A DNA stretch of 64,000 bases from an uncultured cyanobacterium (lineage in GTDB: Bacteria > Cyanobacteriota > Cyanobacteriia > Cyanobacteriales > Nostocaceae). This document shows, in pieces, positions 42,363 to 52,856 of the stretch. Both the position numbers and the translations under genes were made by a program. Each line of letters opens with the position of its first letter. The stretch's first letter is position 1. A model generated the notes under the pieces. That model was not told the origin of the DNA. It did no database searches and worked only from the letters and a program-made list of their open reading frames with translations. The stretch lies in the NCBI GenBank assembly GCA_963706595.1, contig OY970166.1, positions 2,144,001 to 2,208,000 of the forward strand, given 5' to 3'.

Positions 42363-43232
42363 CTAGACCGACCATTCAGAAAAACTTCTGTTAGTATATT
42401 GGCGCAAACTATCAATATCAGGTTTAAGATGTTCAATCAATCGCTGACGTAAATCTTGGTTTAAAGTCGGTTTCTCAATAGGTTGAGTACAAAGAAAATA
42501 CAAAAATTTATCAGCATAGTCTTTAACAGGAGAGGGAATCAAGTTGATCCCTTTCACCACAGAAGGTCTAATAACGTATTTACCAATTTTTGTTTTTCTT
42601 CTTTTATCCGTTGATTTATGGAGTTTTTCTTGATAGTTAATCGAGTCAACTTGATCAGAAACTCCTAAAAATTGAAAGACAGTCTTTAGGGTTTTTTGAG
42701 GAAAGTGATCTAATTCTTCGGTGGTTATAATTAAAATATTATTAGAAGAGTAATACTGCAAATACTGTTGAAGCTGAAAATAATAATGACTACGAATTAC
42801 ATAATCTTGATTAAAATCAGCCAAAGCGTCATTAATATCTCTGTCTTCTACAGACGCAGCATAACGATTAAGATAATGAGAAATCATTCGCTCAATTGGA
42901 TCTCTTAAAATATAAATGAGTTTAGCATTAGGAATCACAGAGTACATTCTTTGGGGAACACCTTTCCACTTCGGATAGGCAGAATAACTCGGTGAAGTTT
43001 CTCCCCGAATAGGAGCATCACTGTTAAAATGAGATCGATACCATTCCAGTCCTTTTTGCCAATTTTTTTCTTGAATAAAGAAATGCAGTTCTTTAGGGTT
43101 GGATAAATAAATTTGAGGATGGTGATTGAGATAGTGATGAAGACTGGTTGTTCCAGATTTCATAGCACCAATAATTACTAAATTTGGCAAAGTTTCTGAA
43201 GAAATAGGTTTAGAAGCAAGATGTTCGATCAT
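42363..43232 (-). CDS. Sulfotransferase
   Basis: 5'-PSB IIGAMKSGTTSL, KELHFF, GETSPSY, 3'-PB LRDPIERMISHY. Confidence 0.92.
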   Translation of the reverse strand: MIEHLASKPISSETLPNLVIIGAMKSGTTSLHHYLNHHPQIYLSNPKELHFFIQEKNWQKGLEWYRSHFNSDAPIRGETSPSYSAYPKWKGVPQRMYSVIPNAKLIYILRDPIERMISHYLNRYAASVEDRDINDALADFNQDYVIRSHYYFQLQQYLQYYSSNNILIITTEELDHFPQKTLKTVFQFLGVSDQVDSINYQEKLHKSTDKRRKTKIGKYVIRPSVVKGINLIPSPVKDYADKFLYFLCTQPIEKPTLNQDLRQRLIEHLKPDIDSLRQYTNRSFSEWSV

Positions 43233-43246
43233 AGTTTTTAATAAGA

Positions 43247-44119
43247 TTAAAAAAATATCTTCTGAAAAGGTGAAGCCATTCGACTTAAAGTATGAATAGG
43301 ATGAATTTTCATTGCTTCTTTAATACTTTTTAAAGCAATTAAACGTTGTCCTAATTTATAAGAAATAATTGCATGATCATACAAGAAATTAGCAAACATT
43401 TTCGGATGAGCTTCAAACAGTAATCGGTGCTTAGTCAATAAACGATTAAAATTCAGTTGTCGTTTATTAGCATCAAGAGAAACTCTGGGTTCTTGATGGT
43501 CAAATAGTTGATAAGTAACAATCGGTAATCCTTGAATTGAACACACTTGATTAAGCCTTAAAAAGAGTTCTGTATGGATACGAGAAGTAAAATTTTCATC
43601 AAACCCTCCAATATCCAAAAGGACTTTTTTTTCAACCACCATCGTCTGTTTACAAAAGAATGATTGATCGGGTTCAATTTCTTCGAGACTAAAATGAGAG
43701 CCTTTGGGTAAACTAGGGGGGATGCGAGTTTGCCTAACTTTTCCGTCTTTTCCTATCACTTCTAAAGCTGAAAGAAGAGCAACCGGTTCAGGTAAGCTAG
43801 TTTGATTAAGGGTATCTAAAGAAACCTGAGCCATGTGGGGGAGTAAACAGTCGTCATCATCCAAATAAGTAATCCACTGTCCTCTAGCTTCTCTTGCTCC
43901 GATATTGCGTGCAGCCGAACCTCCTCGGTTTTCTAGCAAGCGAATCACCCTAAGCCGTTCATTTTCTCCTAAATTCACTGGACTTGAAGAAGCGTCATCA
44001 ACTACAATGACTTCAAGTTGCTTGAAGGTTTGTCCCAATGCACTATTGACAGCACGAGGCAGGAGATGAGGACGATTATAAGTGGGAATAATAATACTTA
44101 ATAGCGGATTTGTCATCAT
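43247..44119 (-). CDS. GT2 glycosyltransferase
   Basis: SIIIPTYNR, VVDDAS, YLDDDD. Confidence 0.9.
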   Translation of the reverse strand: MMTNPLLSIIIPTYNRPHLLPRAVNSALGQTFKQLEVIVVDDASSSPVNLGENERLRVIRLLENRGGSAARNIGAREARGQWITYLDDDDCLLPHMAQVSLDTLNQTSLPEPVALLSALEVIGKDGKVRQTRIPPSLPKGSHFSLEEIEPDQSFFCKQTMVVEKKVLLDIGGFDENFTSRIHTELFLRLNQVCSIQGLPIVTYQLFDHQEPRVSLDANKRQLNFNRLLTKHRLLFEAHPKMFANFLYDHAIISYKLGQRLIALKSIKEAMKIHPIHTLSRMASPFQKIFF

Positions 44120-45321
44120 TAAAATCTTATTGGAGAAAGATAATTACTTCGGATTTCTTGATAAATCTCTAAAAAATGTTCAGTCCGACGATCCTCACTA
44201 AAGTAATTAATTGCTCGTTTTCTACCTGCGTGACCCATTTTTTCAGCTAAATCTCGGTCTTTTAAGATAGATAAAACTGCCGTTGATAAAGCCTCCTCAT
44301 CATTGGAGGGAACTAACAACCCTGTTACCCCATCTTCAATAATCTCAGGTTGCGCCCCGACTGCACTAGCAACAACTGCCGTTCCTCGCATCATGGCTTC
44401 TGTTGTCACATTGCCAAAGGGTTCATCCCAAATCGAAGGAACAACCTGCACCCAAGCACAATTAAAAGCTGTTTCTAGATCAGATCGAGTTAAATAGCCT
44501 AACCAAGTCACATTGTCACTAATTCCTAATTCTTGAGTTAGTTGATGTAAGTTAGCTTTTTCTTTACCTTCACCAGCAATTAGTAACCTAGCATTTGGTA
44601 GAATTGAAATTACTTTTTTAAAGGCTTGTAAAAGAATATCAACTCCCTTTTCTGAGGATAATCTTCCAGCAAAGGCAACTGTGGGAGGATTAGTCAGTGG
44701 TGGTCGAATTTCTCTGTATGGCACGCCATTATAAACTACTTGAACAGGAGAAATGCCTTCTGTTTCAAGTCTGGTTTTCATTCGATGACTTAACGCCACC
44801 ACTGTATCAAACGCATTACGCCAACGTAACCATAATTGACGCTGTATCATTAAAAATAGCCAAGACTGAGGCGTAACACAACCCATGTTTAAACAAGCTT
44901 TCCCTGCCTGATGATAACAAGGACTGCCATCGGGTAACATCTTCGTTCCGACGGGGCAAATTGGTCGGTAAAGGGCGGTTTGATAGACACTGGGAAAGGG
45001 TTTAAGTAAAGGTAGAATTAAGGGGGACAATTGGGTGAAAAACAAGCGAACATGAACAACATCCGGTTTAAATTCCCGTAAAACTTTTTTCAGCTTAAAA
45101 TAACTCGACAGGTTAGCGGTTTCCACTACCACCTCTAAGCGAGAATTCGTGCCAAAACAATGATAATCAGCCAATAAGGGACTATTTTCAACCGGGATGC
45201 AGTTACTTGTGAACAAGCGTACCTCATGCCCTTTCTCTCTTAACCCTTCTCTGAGGGATAACATTTGTAATTCTGCTCCACCTGTGGCTGTCCCATAGTC
45301 ATGAATTAAAAGAATTTTCAT
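44119..45321 (-). CDS. GT4 glycosyltransferase
   Basis: GGAE, FAGRLSSEKG, PSIWDEPFGNVTTEAM. Confidence 0.92.
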   Translation of the reverse strand: MKILLIHDYGTATGGAELQMLSLREGLREKGHEVRLFTSNCIPVENSPLLADYHCFGTNSRLEVVVETANLSSYFKLKKVLREFKPDVVHVRLFFTQLSPLILPLLKPFPSVYQTALYRPICPVGTKMLPDGSPCYHQAGKACLNMGCVTPQSWLFLMIQRQLWLRWRNAFDTVVALSHRMKTRLETEGISPVQVVYNGVPYREIRPPLTNPPTVAFAGRLSSEKGVDILLQAFKKVISILPNARLLIAGEGKEKANLHQLTQELGISDNVTWLGYLTRSDLETAFNCAWVQVVPSIWDEPFGNVTTEAMMRGTAVVASAVGAQPEIIEDGVTGLLVPSNDEEALSTAVLSILKDRDLAEKMGHAGRKRAINYFSEDRRTEHFLEIYQEIRSNYLSPIRF

Positions 45322-45324
45322 AGA

Positions 45325-46398
45325 TTAACTATGGGTGGTTACAGAAACAGATACGTTTTCACAGGGATGATCGTTGTCAGAATTGGTATTATTTAACCAC
45401 TGACGAGCATATTGGTCAGTTAGATAGTGATTCATAAGTTTTTCTATGGGAGCAAATAACCCATACATTAGCAATTTGTGTAAAAGTCGATGCTTAATTC
45501 CCAATGTTAGAGAATTAATAATTGGTTGTAAAAGAGTTTTTCTCCGTCGCCATCCTAAGCCTTTATATTTCTGCAAAAAATACATATCTTCTGCAATGTT
45601 CCATTTTTGTCGTAAACGGTTTAAACTTGCTAATTCCCAAGCATCACTCCATCGCAACATATAAAATTTCAAATCTGACAAATTTGGGGTAATTCCTGTT
45701 ACATAGGTGACAATACTTTCTGGTTCAAAATAGACAGTTCCACCATGTTTTCTAACTGTCATACAAAAATCAACGTGTTCTTTTGTATTAAGCATTTTTT
45801 CGTCTAAATATCCCACGTTCTCAAAAATTTCAGTTTTTGCTAACATACAGTGAAATTCACATAATTCTGTTTCTTTACGGGTGAGGGTGGGAAGCATTTT
45901 TTCCACCTTGTGTCCTTGTTTGTACATTTTCTCCCGTAAACGCTTTCTTCCTTTGATATCGGTGAAAATATGGGCTTCTCCCCCGGCAAAATGAATTTGT
46001 TCGTGGACGGGTTCATGCTGACACATTAAAGGTCCGACAATAGTTGCCTCTGTTGCTTCTGCACAGTCGAGTAATTTAGTTAACCATCCCTGAGACACAA
46101 TCACATCATTATCGACAAAGACTACATAGGGAGTAGTCACCCGTTTTAAACCCATGTTCCTTGCTACATTAGGAACAAGATAATGTTCAGTCCGAATTAA
46201 ATCAAATCCTTTTTCCTGGGCTTGACTTTTTAAATAATCTTTAATAGAAGTCGGTGAGCCACCATCAACATAAACTAATTTGAAGGGAATATCGGTATTT
46301 TGATAGATATTCTCTAGGGAAGAGATGGTAAAACTAAAACGTTCTCTAGGAACAACAACCAGAGTGACTTTTGGTTCGATTGGGGTGAATAGCTGCAT
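45325..46398 (-). CDS. GT2-like glycosyltransferase
   Basis: VYVDGGS, ARNMGL, VFVDNDV, EHVDFC. Confidence 0.8.
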   Translation of the reverse strand: MQLFTPIEPKVTLVVVPRERFSFTISSLENIYQNTDIPFKLVYVDGGSPTSIKDYLKSQAQEKGFDLIRTEHYLVPNVARNMGLKRVTTPYVVFVDNDVIVSQGWLTKLLDCAEATEATIVGPLMCQHEPVHEQIHFAGGEAHIFTDIKGRKRLREKMYKQGHKVEKMLPTLTRKETELCEFHCMLAKTEIFENVGYLDEKMLNTKEHVDFCMTVRKHGGTVYFEPESIVTYVTGITPNLSDLKFYMLRWSDAWELASLNRLRQKWNIAEDMYFLQKYKGLGWRRRKTLLQPIINSLTLGIKHRLLHKLLMYGLFAPIEKLMNHYLTDQYARQWLNNTNSDNDHPCENVSVSVTTHS

Positions 46399-46464
46399 AT
46401 TTTTTACAGACCTAATAACATCGAATTAAATTTGATTCATGAGTATTTGCACAAATCAGAAGAA

Positions 46465-47940
46465 TTAGCTCACTATTACAGGCTCTTTTTTGCCTTTAGT
46501 CATAAATTCCTCATGATAGGATCGCTCAGTATTGACTGTCCAGAGGTTATGATTTGCGCCCATGATATTCTCAGCCGCTAATAATGCAGACAACATGGAA
46601 TGGTCTTGATTGTTATAACGGTGCATCCCATTACGTCCTACTGATTGTAAGTTCTCAAAACTATCTACATAGTCTTGAATGACGTTTAAATGTTGCTGAT
46701 ATTCACCATCGTAGACAGGATAAGCTTTCTTTTCCCGAATGACAGTCCCATCTTCAATTTTCTTAATATCATCTAGTAAGCCTAAATTGACAATTTCTTT
46801 ACTGGCTAATCTAATTAAATCTTGATCTTCCATTGACCATAAATCATCCCCCTCACTACAAAAATATTCCATTCCTAAGCAAGTTTTACGGGGATCTGGA
46901 ACCATTTTCATACTCCAATTTTTAAAATTCTGAATGCGTCCAACTTTAATTTCTGGACTGTGAATATAAATCCAATTGTCTGGAAAAAGGTCTTCTTGAT
47001 TAATCACTATCGGCACAATCAGAAAATCCCGATATTTCAGACTACGGGCAGCTTTCAGAACATTTTCTGGAGGTAAGGGATCTAGACGGTGCATCAATGC
47101 CGTGATCGGCATGGTATTAATGAATTTATCTCCTGTAATTTCAAAGGTTTCATCACCTTTTTTGGCAATAATCCGAGTAATGCGTTTGTCTTTTCGTTCT
47201 ACTCTGATTACTTCCGTATTTAATAATACGGGTGAACCTTGTTCATTCAATTTTTCTTGAAACCGTTCCCACATCATCCCCGGTCCCAATATGGGATAGT
47301 CAAATTCTTTAATCAGAGTTTTGGTGTCATTACTGCCAAATAAAGCGTTAATTATTGCTTTTGTGAGAGATAATCCTTTAATTCTTTGTGCTGCCCAATC
47401 TGCGCGAATTTGAGTACAGGGAATTCCCCAAACTTTTTCGGTATAGCTTTTGAAAAAGGTTTTATATAATCGTTCTCCAAACCTGTTTATCACCCATTGT
47501 TCAAAATTTTCTTCGATGGGTAAAGGACTGGCTTTGACTTTTAAATAACTATAAATAATCAGCAAAGTTTGGATAATTCCCAAGTTCCACACTGCATTAA
47601 CTGGTTCTAAGGGATAACTAAAAAATTTTCCTTTATAGTAAATGCGAGATAAACGGGGAACTTTAATAAATTCATCTCCTAACACCTCATTCCACAAATT
47701 TTGGACTTGGGTAACTTTGGTAAAAAAGCGATGTCCTCCAATATCAAAGCGATAGCCTTTGTAGGTTTCAGTCCGAGAAATTCCCCCCACGCGATCGCCT
47801 TTTTCCAACACTACAGAATGTAAGCCATGTTTAGCTAATTGATAAGCCGCAGTTAATCCCGCAGGTCCGCCACCAATGACAACACTCAAGGGAAAGTTGT
47901 GGTGGTTATGCTCATGATTACTATTCTTATTTTGTTTCAT
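46465..47940 (-). CDS. FAD-dependent oxidoreductase (UDP-galactopyranose mutase/HemY-like fold)
   Basis: IGGGPAGLTAA, FDIGGHRFF, GRNGMHRYNNQDHSM. Confidence 0.82.
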   Translation of the reverse strand: MKQNKNSNHEHNHHNFPLSVVIGGGPAGLTAAYQLAKHGLHSVVLEKGDRVGGISRTETYKGYRFDIGGHRFFTKVTQVQNLWNEVLGDEFIKVPRLSRIYYKGKFFSYPLEPVNAVWNLGIIQTLLIIYSYLKVKASPLPIEENFEQWVINRFGERLYKTFFKSYTEKVWGIPCTQIRADWAAQRIKGLSLTKAIINALFGSNDTKTLIKEFDYPILGPGMMWERFQEKLNEQGSPVLLNTEVIRVERKDKRITRIIAKKGDETFEITGDKFINTMPITALMHRLDPLPPENVLKAARSLKYRDFLIVPIVINQEDLFPDNWIYIHSPEIKVGRIQNFKNWSMKMVPDPRKTCLGMEYFCSEGDDLWSMEDQDLIRLASKEIVNLGLLDDIKKIEDGTVIREKKAYPVYDGEYQQHLNVIQDYVDSFENLQSVGRNGMHRYNNQDHSMLSALLAAENIMGANHNLWTVNTERSYHEEFMTKGKKEPVIVS

Positions 47941-48288
47941 TATTTGATTTTTTTAATTTTCTGGAATTAATAACTCAAAGGCTAATACTCCTGACTGTTC
48001 AATGTATTCTGTTGATTAGATTGCCAGCCCTGAGTAAGCATGAAAAAGTTATCTTCTCACCATCTAAAAGTTGTTTAGTACAACTTGTCAGGTGGAAAAT
48101 TTGCGAAGCATAAATAATTGCTACATCTGCTCCTTAATAGTTCCGGTAACAAGGTTTAGCAGTGAGATTGTTAAGTGGTTTTATTTGTTGTTGGTTATTG
48201 ACTTAAATTTTACCTGTTTGATTTGTCAGTATGCATTAATATACCATAAAGTTTGGTAACTAAAATATACAGCAAAGATAAATGTTTG

Positions 48289-49266
48289 TCAAAACTTCCC
48301 AAGAATTATACTGATGATAAAAGCCGAGCCACTGTAGAAATAGTAACACCAGTGCCAAGGTATAACCTGGACACTAAATATCATGCCTCGCTTGTTGAGA
48401 AAAAAGCGGTACACTGGCAAGTTAATAATTATCAGTAATAAACTAATTATCATGCTGAAAATCAGTAGCGGCTGTAGCCAGAAACTCGCCAATATACTTA
48501 GTAATAAAGAATAAACTAGAATTACACTGACGCGACTAGACCAGCCAAGGTTTAAATCAGAAGGCATTTGTCCTTGACGCAGTATTAATTGAGTCCAGGG
48601 TAATGCGCGATCGCACACATCTGCTTTAATTAAAGAAACTATTCCCCATCGTTTCAAATGTTTAACTTGCAAAGCTTTAACTAGGCGAATTTTGTAACCT
48701 GCTGCTTTAAGTCGATAACCTAACTCAATGTCTTCCACACAAGGACGACGATAATTTTTATCAAAACCGTCCATAGTCAAGAAGATATCACGACGAATTG
48801 CGCCGCAAGCACCCCAAAACGTGAAAGCATCTTCATTGCCATTTTGATGGGTATAATGATGAAAAAGATTTTTGTATTGAGACAGAAAATTGCTTGCTCC
48901 TGGAGCATCATCATAAGAACCAATCAATGCTGCTAGACTTGCATCTTCTGTAAACGCCAATCTTACCTGATTGATGGTATCTGGAGCGATCGCCACATCA
49001 GCGTCCACAAAAAAAAGGATATCTCCTTCAGCCGCAGCTGCACCTAAATTCCTGGCTTGTGCAGGTCCGCCTTTCTCCTCCACATTAATTACCTTAGCTC
49101 CCCAGTCGGCTGCTACTTGCCCAGATTCCGTATCCCCATCCGCTACCACAATCACTTCTGTGGGCTGGGAAATAGACGCGCCCATGCTTGACAAACACTG
49201 GCGGAAACTTTCACCACCATTATGAACCGGAATGATCACCGAAATTGATAGCTGTGTTGGGTTCAT
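48289..49266 (-). CDS. GT2 glycosyltransferase with C-terminal TM segments
   Basis: [31 protein letters not shown]. Confidence 0.9.
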   Translation of the reverse strand: MNPTQLSISVIIPVHNGGESFRQCLSSMGASISQPTEVIVVADGDTESGQVAADWGAKVINVEEKGGPAQARNLGAAAAEGDILFFVDADVAIAPDTINQVRLAFTEDASLAALIGSYDDAPGASNFLSQYKNLFHHYTHQNGNEDAFTFWGACGAIRRDIFLTMDGFDKNYRRPCVEDIELGYRLKAAGYKIRLVKALQVKHLKRWGIVSLIKADVCDRALPWTQLILRQGQMPSDLNLGWSSRVSVILVYSLLLSILASFWLQPLLIFSMIISLLLIIINLPVYRFFLNKRGMIFSVQVIPWHWCYYFYSGSAFIISIILGKF

Positions 49267-49289
49267 TTCTACTTTTACTAGCCTCAGTA

Positions 49290-49502
49290 GTCCCTCGTCA
49301 TTTTACGCCTTTGACGAAGTAGATATGTTTTTAGATGGGGCAAACGTCGAGGGATTAGCTAGAATGATTAAATCAAGAAGCCCAACAAGCGCAATTTATA
49401 GTTGTGAGTTTGCGTCGTCCGATGATAGAATCAGCCGAACGCAGCATTGGCGTTACTCAAGTTTTGGGAATTAAATTAAAATCATCCCATACATCTGCTT
49501 GA
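49290..49502 (+). pseudogene. Duplicated smc 3' fragment (right direct repeat)
   Basis: Encodes [17 protein letters not shown]; has a 1-nt insertion and a 21-nt deletion relative to the left copy; ends ...KLKSSHTSA*. Confidence 0.9.
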
Positions 49503-49560
49503 GTTTTTGTTAATAATAGTGTATAGATAAACCGGATTCGAGATCAGGACTCGGTATAGA

Positions 49561-50550
49561 ATGACCTCTGAACAGATAATTAGGCGTTCCGACATATTAA
49601 ACACCCAGGTGATTACTCGCGACAACGGCAAACGGCTCGGTGTCGTCAATCAGCTTTGGGTTGATATCGATCAAAGAGAGGTTGTGGCAATTGGTCTGCG
49701 AGACAGCCTGATCTCTATTTCGAGTTTGCCACGATATATGTACCTCAGCACCGTCAACCAAATTGGCGATGTAATTCTCGTTGACAACGAAGATGCCATA
49801 GAAGACATCGAAGTTGAAACCTTAAGTAACCTGATTAACTGGGAAGTAATCACAGAAACAGGCGAAGTCTTAGGCAGGGTGCGGGGCTTCAAGTTCAATG
49901 GCGAAACTGGTAAAATTCTCTCTATAGTCATTGCTTCTTTAGGATTACCCCAAATTCCCGACCAATTTCTCAGCACCTACGAATTTTCGGTGGATGAAGT
50001 CGTCAGCACTGGCCCCAGCCGCTTGATTGTCTTTGAAGGAGCCGAAGAACGAGTTAATCAGTTAACAGTGGGTGTACTAGAGCGCTTAGGCATAGGTAAA
50101 GCACCGTGGGAGAGAGAAGCCGAAGAAGAATATGGCTATACTCCGCGTACAGTTTCACCAGCGAATCAGCTACCCAGTGGAGTCCCATTACAACCACCCA
50201 GAACCAGAGTTCGCGCTCCCGAACCTGTAGTTGAGGAAGAATGGACAGAAGACTATGTGGAAGAAGAAATTCCCCAGCGTCAAGTCATGCGGGCGCGACA
50301 GTACGAACCCATTCAATACGAAGACGACGAGGAAGATAACTGGAGTGAAGCCAGTGGTAGGGATAGATATCAAGAACCACCAGCCAGATATGAACCCCAA
50401 CCACCGACTTACAGCAAGCCTTACGCCGACGATTACGACGATTACGACGATTTAGAAGGCGACGCTTGGGAAGATGCACCAAAGCCAGTCAACATTCCCA
50501 AGAAAATCAAAGAAAGACAGCCAGAATACGAAGAAGAAGGCGGATATTAG
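49561..50550 (+). CDS. PRC-barrel domain protein
   Basis: Two PRC-barrel repeats (VITRDNGKRLG; VITETGEVLG), acidic tail. Confidence 0.88.
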   Translation: MTSEQIIRRSDILNTQVITRDNGKRLGVVNQLWVDIDQREVVAIGLRDSLISISSLPRYMYLSTVNQIGDVILVDNEDAIEDIEVETLSNLINWEVITETGEVLGRVRGFKFNGETGKILSIVIASLGLPQIPDQFLSTYEFSVDEVVSTGPSRLIVFEGAEERVNQLTVGVLERLGIGKAPWEREAEEEYGYTPRTVSPANQLPSGVPLQPPRTRVRAPEPVVEEEWTEDYVEEEIPQRQVMRARQYEPIQYEDDEEDNWSEASGRDRYQEPPARYEPQPPTYSKPYADDYDDYDDLEGDAWEDAPKPVNIPKKIKERQPEYEEEGGY

Positions 50551-50843
50551 GATAATTCGTGAACACGGATCAGACGGATTAAGGGATTTCACGGATTTTA
50601 ATTATGTTAGCAAATAAAAAAAATCTGCGTAATCAGCGTAATCCATATAATCCGCGATCCGGATTTTAGTGTCTGTTGCTATCACAAATAATCTCATCCG
50701 CGCCATCCTTTAATCAGCGTTCGTAGTTCGTAGTTCGTAAACCCTCTTCCTCTTATTCACGCGGAAGGGGGTATTTAATTTCTTAACTCCTCCTCCTCTC
50801 TGCGCCTCTGCGCCTCTGCGTGATATAAATTCTTAATTCAGCA

Positions 50844-51539
50844 GTGCATAAAAAAATTTCGATTATTATCCCCACCTTCAACGAAGCGGCAAATATTGAG
50901 AATGCGATCGCCTCTACTCAACCCAGTACAAATGTAGAATTAATCGTAGTAGATGGTGGCTCACAAGATGATACTCTCAGCATAGCTCAAACATTAGGTG
51001 TAAAAGTTATCTCATCTGCCCCTGGTCGTGCGGCGCAAATGAACGCCGGTGCTATGGCTGCAACTGGCGACATTCTGCTGTTTCTTCATGCCGATACCCG
51101 CCTACCTGCTGGCTTTGATAGCATGGTTCGCAGCGCCCTACAACAGCCGCAAACAGTAGCTGGTGCTTTCTCCTTGCTGATTGATGCCGACTATTGGGCT
51201 TTGCGATGGGTAGAAAAAGGAGTAAACTGGCGATCGCACTTTTATCAAATGCCCTACGGTGATCAAGCAATATTTTTAACAATAGAAATATTCCAAAAAA
51301 TTGGCAAGTTTCCCGAATTACCTATAATGGAAGACTTTGAACTCATCCGGCGTTTAAAACGTATCGGAAAAATTACTATTATTCCAGTACCCATTGTCAC
51401 CTCAGCCCGGAGATGGTTGAAAAAAGGCGTATTTCAAACTACCCTATTAAATCAAATTGTAATTACTGCTTATTTCCTCGGTGTTTCACCCGAACGCATT
51501 CGTCGCTGGTATCGCCAGGAAAAACCTCAGAAATTTTAA
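50844..51539 (+). CDS. TIGR04283-like GT2 glycosyltransferase
   Basis: GRAAQMNAGA, LFLHADT, PYGDQAIF, IMEDFEL, TSARRW. Confidence 0.9.
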   Translation: MHKKISIIIPTFNEAANIENAIASTQPSTNVELIVVDGGSQDDTLSIAQTLGVKVISSAPGRAAQMNAGAMAATGDILLFLHADTRLPAGFDSMVRSALQQPQTVAGAFSLLIDADYWALRWVEKGVNWRSHFYQMPYGDQAIFLTIEIFQKIGKFPELPIMEDFELIRRLKRIGKITIIPVPIVTSARRWLKKGVFQTTLLNQIVITAYFLGVSPERIRRWYRQEKPQKF

Positions 51540-51696
51540 GCTGTTTCTCATATCAGCTTCGTATATTAATAGCAGGTATAACGGATGAAGTACATCATAG
51601 CCCCCTCCTCGCTTGCGGGGAGGGGGTTGGGGGTGGGGTTCTTGTATCTCACTTAACTGATAACCGCTATAGCGATGAAAAATTCAGGTAAATTGC

Positions 51697-52449
51697 ATGG
51701 TTCAAAAACCCAAGCCCCGAACAAATCGTACACTCAAATTTTTAATAATTAGTTTTCTGATTATTACCCTGATTTTCCTAGCCCAATACGTCAACATTCC
51801 AGTAATTTTACATAATTCCATTTTATGGGTGCAAAGTCTTGGTGTATTCGGACCCATTGCTTACATTGTTATTTATAACTTAGCCACAATACTATTTATT
51901 CCTGGTTCTCTCTTAACCCTCAAAGGTGGTTGCTTGTTTGGCTTATTTTGGGGTTCTGTATATGTGTTAACTGCCGCAATTATTGGAGCAATTTTAGCAT
52001 TTATCGTCGGACGCTATTTATCCCGTGATTGGGTTTCGCAACAGATGAATAAACATCCTAAATTTCAAGCCATAGATTTAGCAGTAGCCAAAGAAGGATG
52101 GAAAATTGTCTTACTAACGCGGTTATGTCCCATCTTTCCATTCAACTTATTAAATTATGCTTTTGGAGTCACACAAGTTTCGCTCAAAGACTATATATTA
52201 GGTTCCTTTGGCATTATTCCCGGTACAGTTATGTACGTTTATATGGGTTCTTTAGCAGGTGATTTGGCAATGCTGAACGCAGCCAATCAGCCAACTAATC
52301 CCGAAGCGCAAATCTGGCAATGGGTAATGCAAATAATTGGGTTAATTGCCACTATTGCGATAACTATATATATGACGAAAATTGCTCAAAAAGCTCTTGG
52401 CGAAAGTATGGTGACAGCAGAAATTACTCAAGATAACACTAATGATTAA
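51697..52449 (+). CDS. TVP38/TMEM64 (DedA/SNARE-associated) membrane protein
   Basis: FIPGSLLTL, LLTRLCPIFPFNLLNYAFG. Confidence 0.9.
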   Translation: MVQKPKPRTNRTLKFLIISFLIITLIFLAQYVNIPVILHNSILWVQSLGVFGPIAYIVIYNLATILFIPGSLLTLKGGCLFGLFWGSVYVLTAAIIGAILAFIVGRYLSRDWVSQQMNKHPKFQAIDLAVAKEGWKIVLLTRLCPIFPFNLLNYAFGVTQVSLKDYILGSFGIIPGTVMYVYMGSLAGDLAMLNAANQPTNPEAQIWQWVMQIIGLIATIAITIYMTKIAQKALGESMVTAEITQDNTND

Positions 52450-52856
52450 TCTTAAAAGTTTAATCAAAGTAATATGATGTGTCGTGAGTAGCTACCAATT
52501 TGGGTTTATAATGAGGATTAATTTCCTGGGGTTGCTGAATGGGAATATAAAATTGGTAAATGAAATCCTTTCAAACTTGATCATTTGTGCCTAATTTTAT
52601 AATATCGTGGTCACGTAGCGTTTCCTAGAAAAGCGCGATCTCGTGACAATAATTTTCGCTGAAGGAGTGTAGAGACGTTTCATGAAACGTCTCTACAAGG
52701 GTTTTCGGCTCACGAATTTGCTTAACAGAGTAGATTGTATGAGAATAGAAAGTATTGATGTTAGCCTCTAAAATGGAAGCAATTACAAGTTTAACTTGAT
52801 CATTCCCATAAACTAAAAGCAGCAAACTTATTGAAACAGGCCGAGGAAAGTAGATT

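Larger units (their letters stand above)
39689..49289. mobile_element. Genomic island (glycan biosynthesis) inserted at the smc 3' end
   Basis: Eight co-oriented minus-strand, AT-rich genes between duplicated smc ends; no integrase seen. Confidence 0.75.

Noticed and set aside
49232..49474. 80-aa ORF containing [10 protein letters not shown]
   Set aside because: Chance read-through into the duplicated smc fragment; reported as a pseudogene/repeat instead.
52450..52856. M-box riboswitch upstream of mgtE; ORF 52625-52906
   Set aside because: The region is explained by REP/MITE remnants and no riboswitch consensus was recognised.
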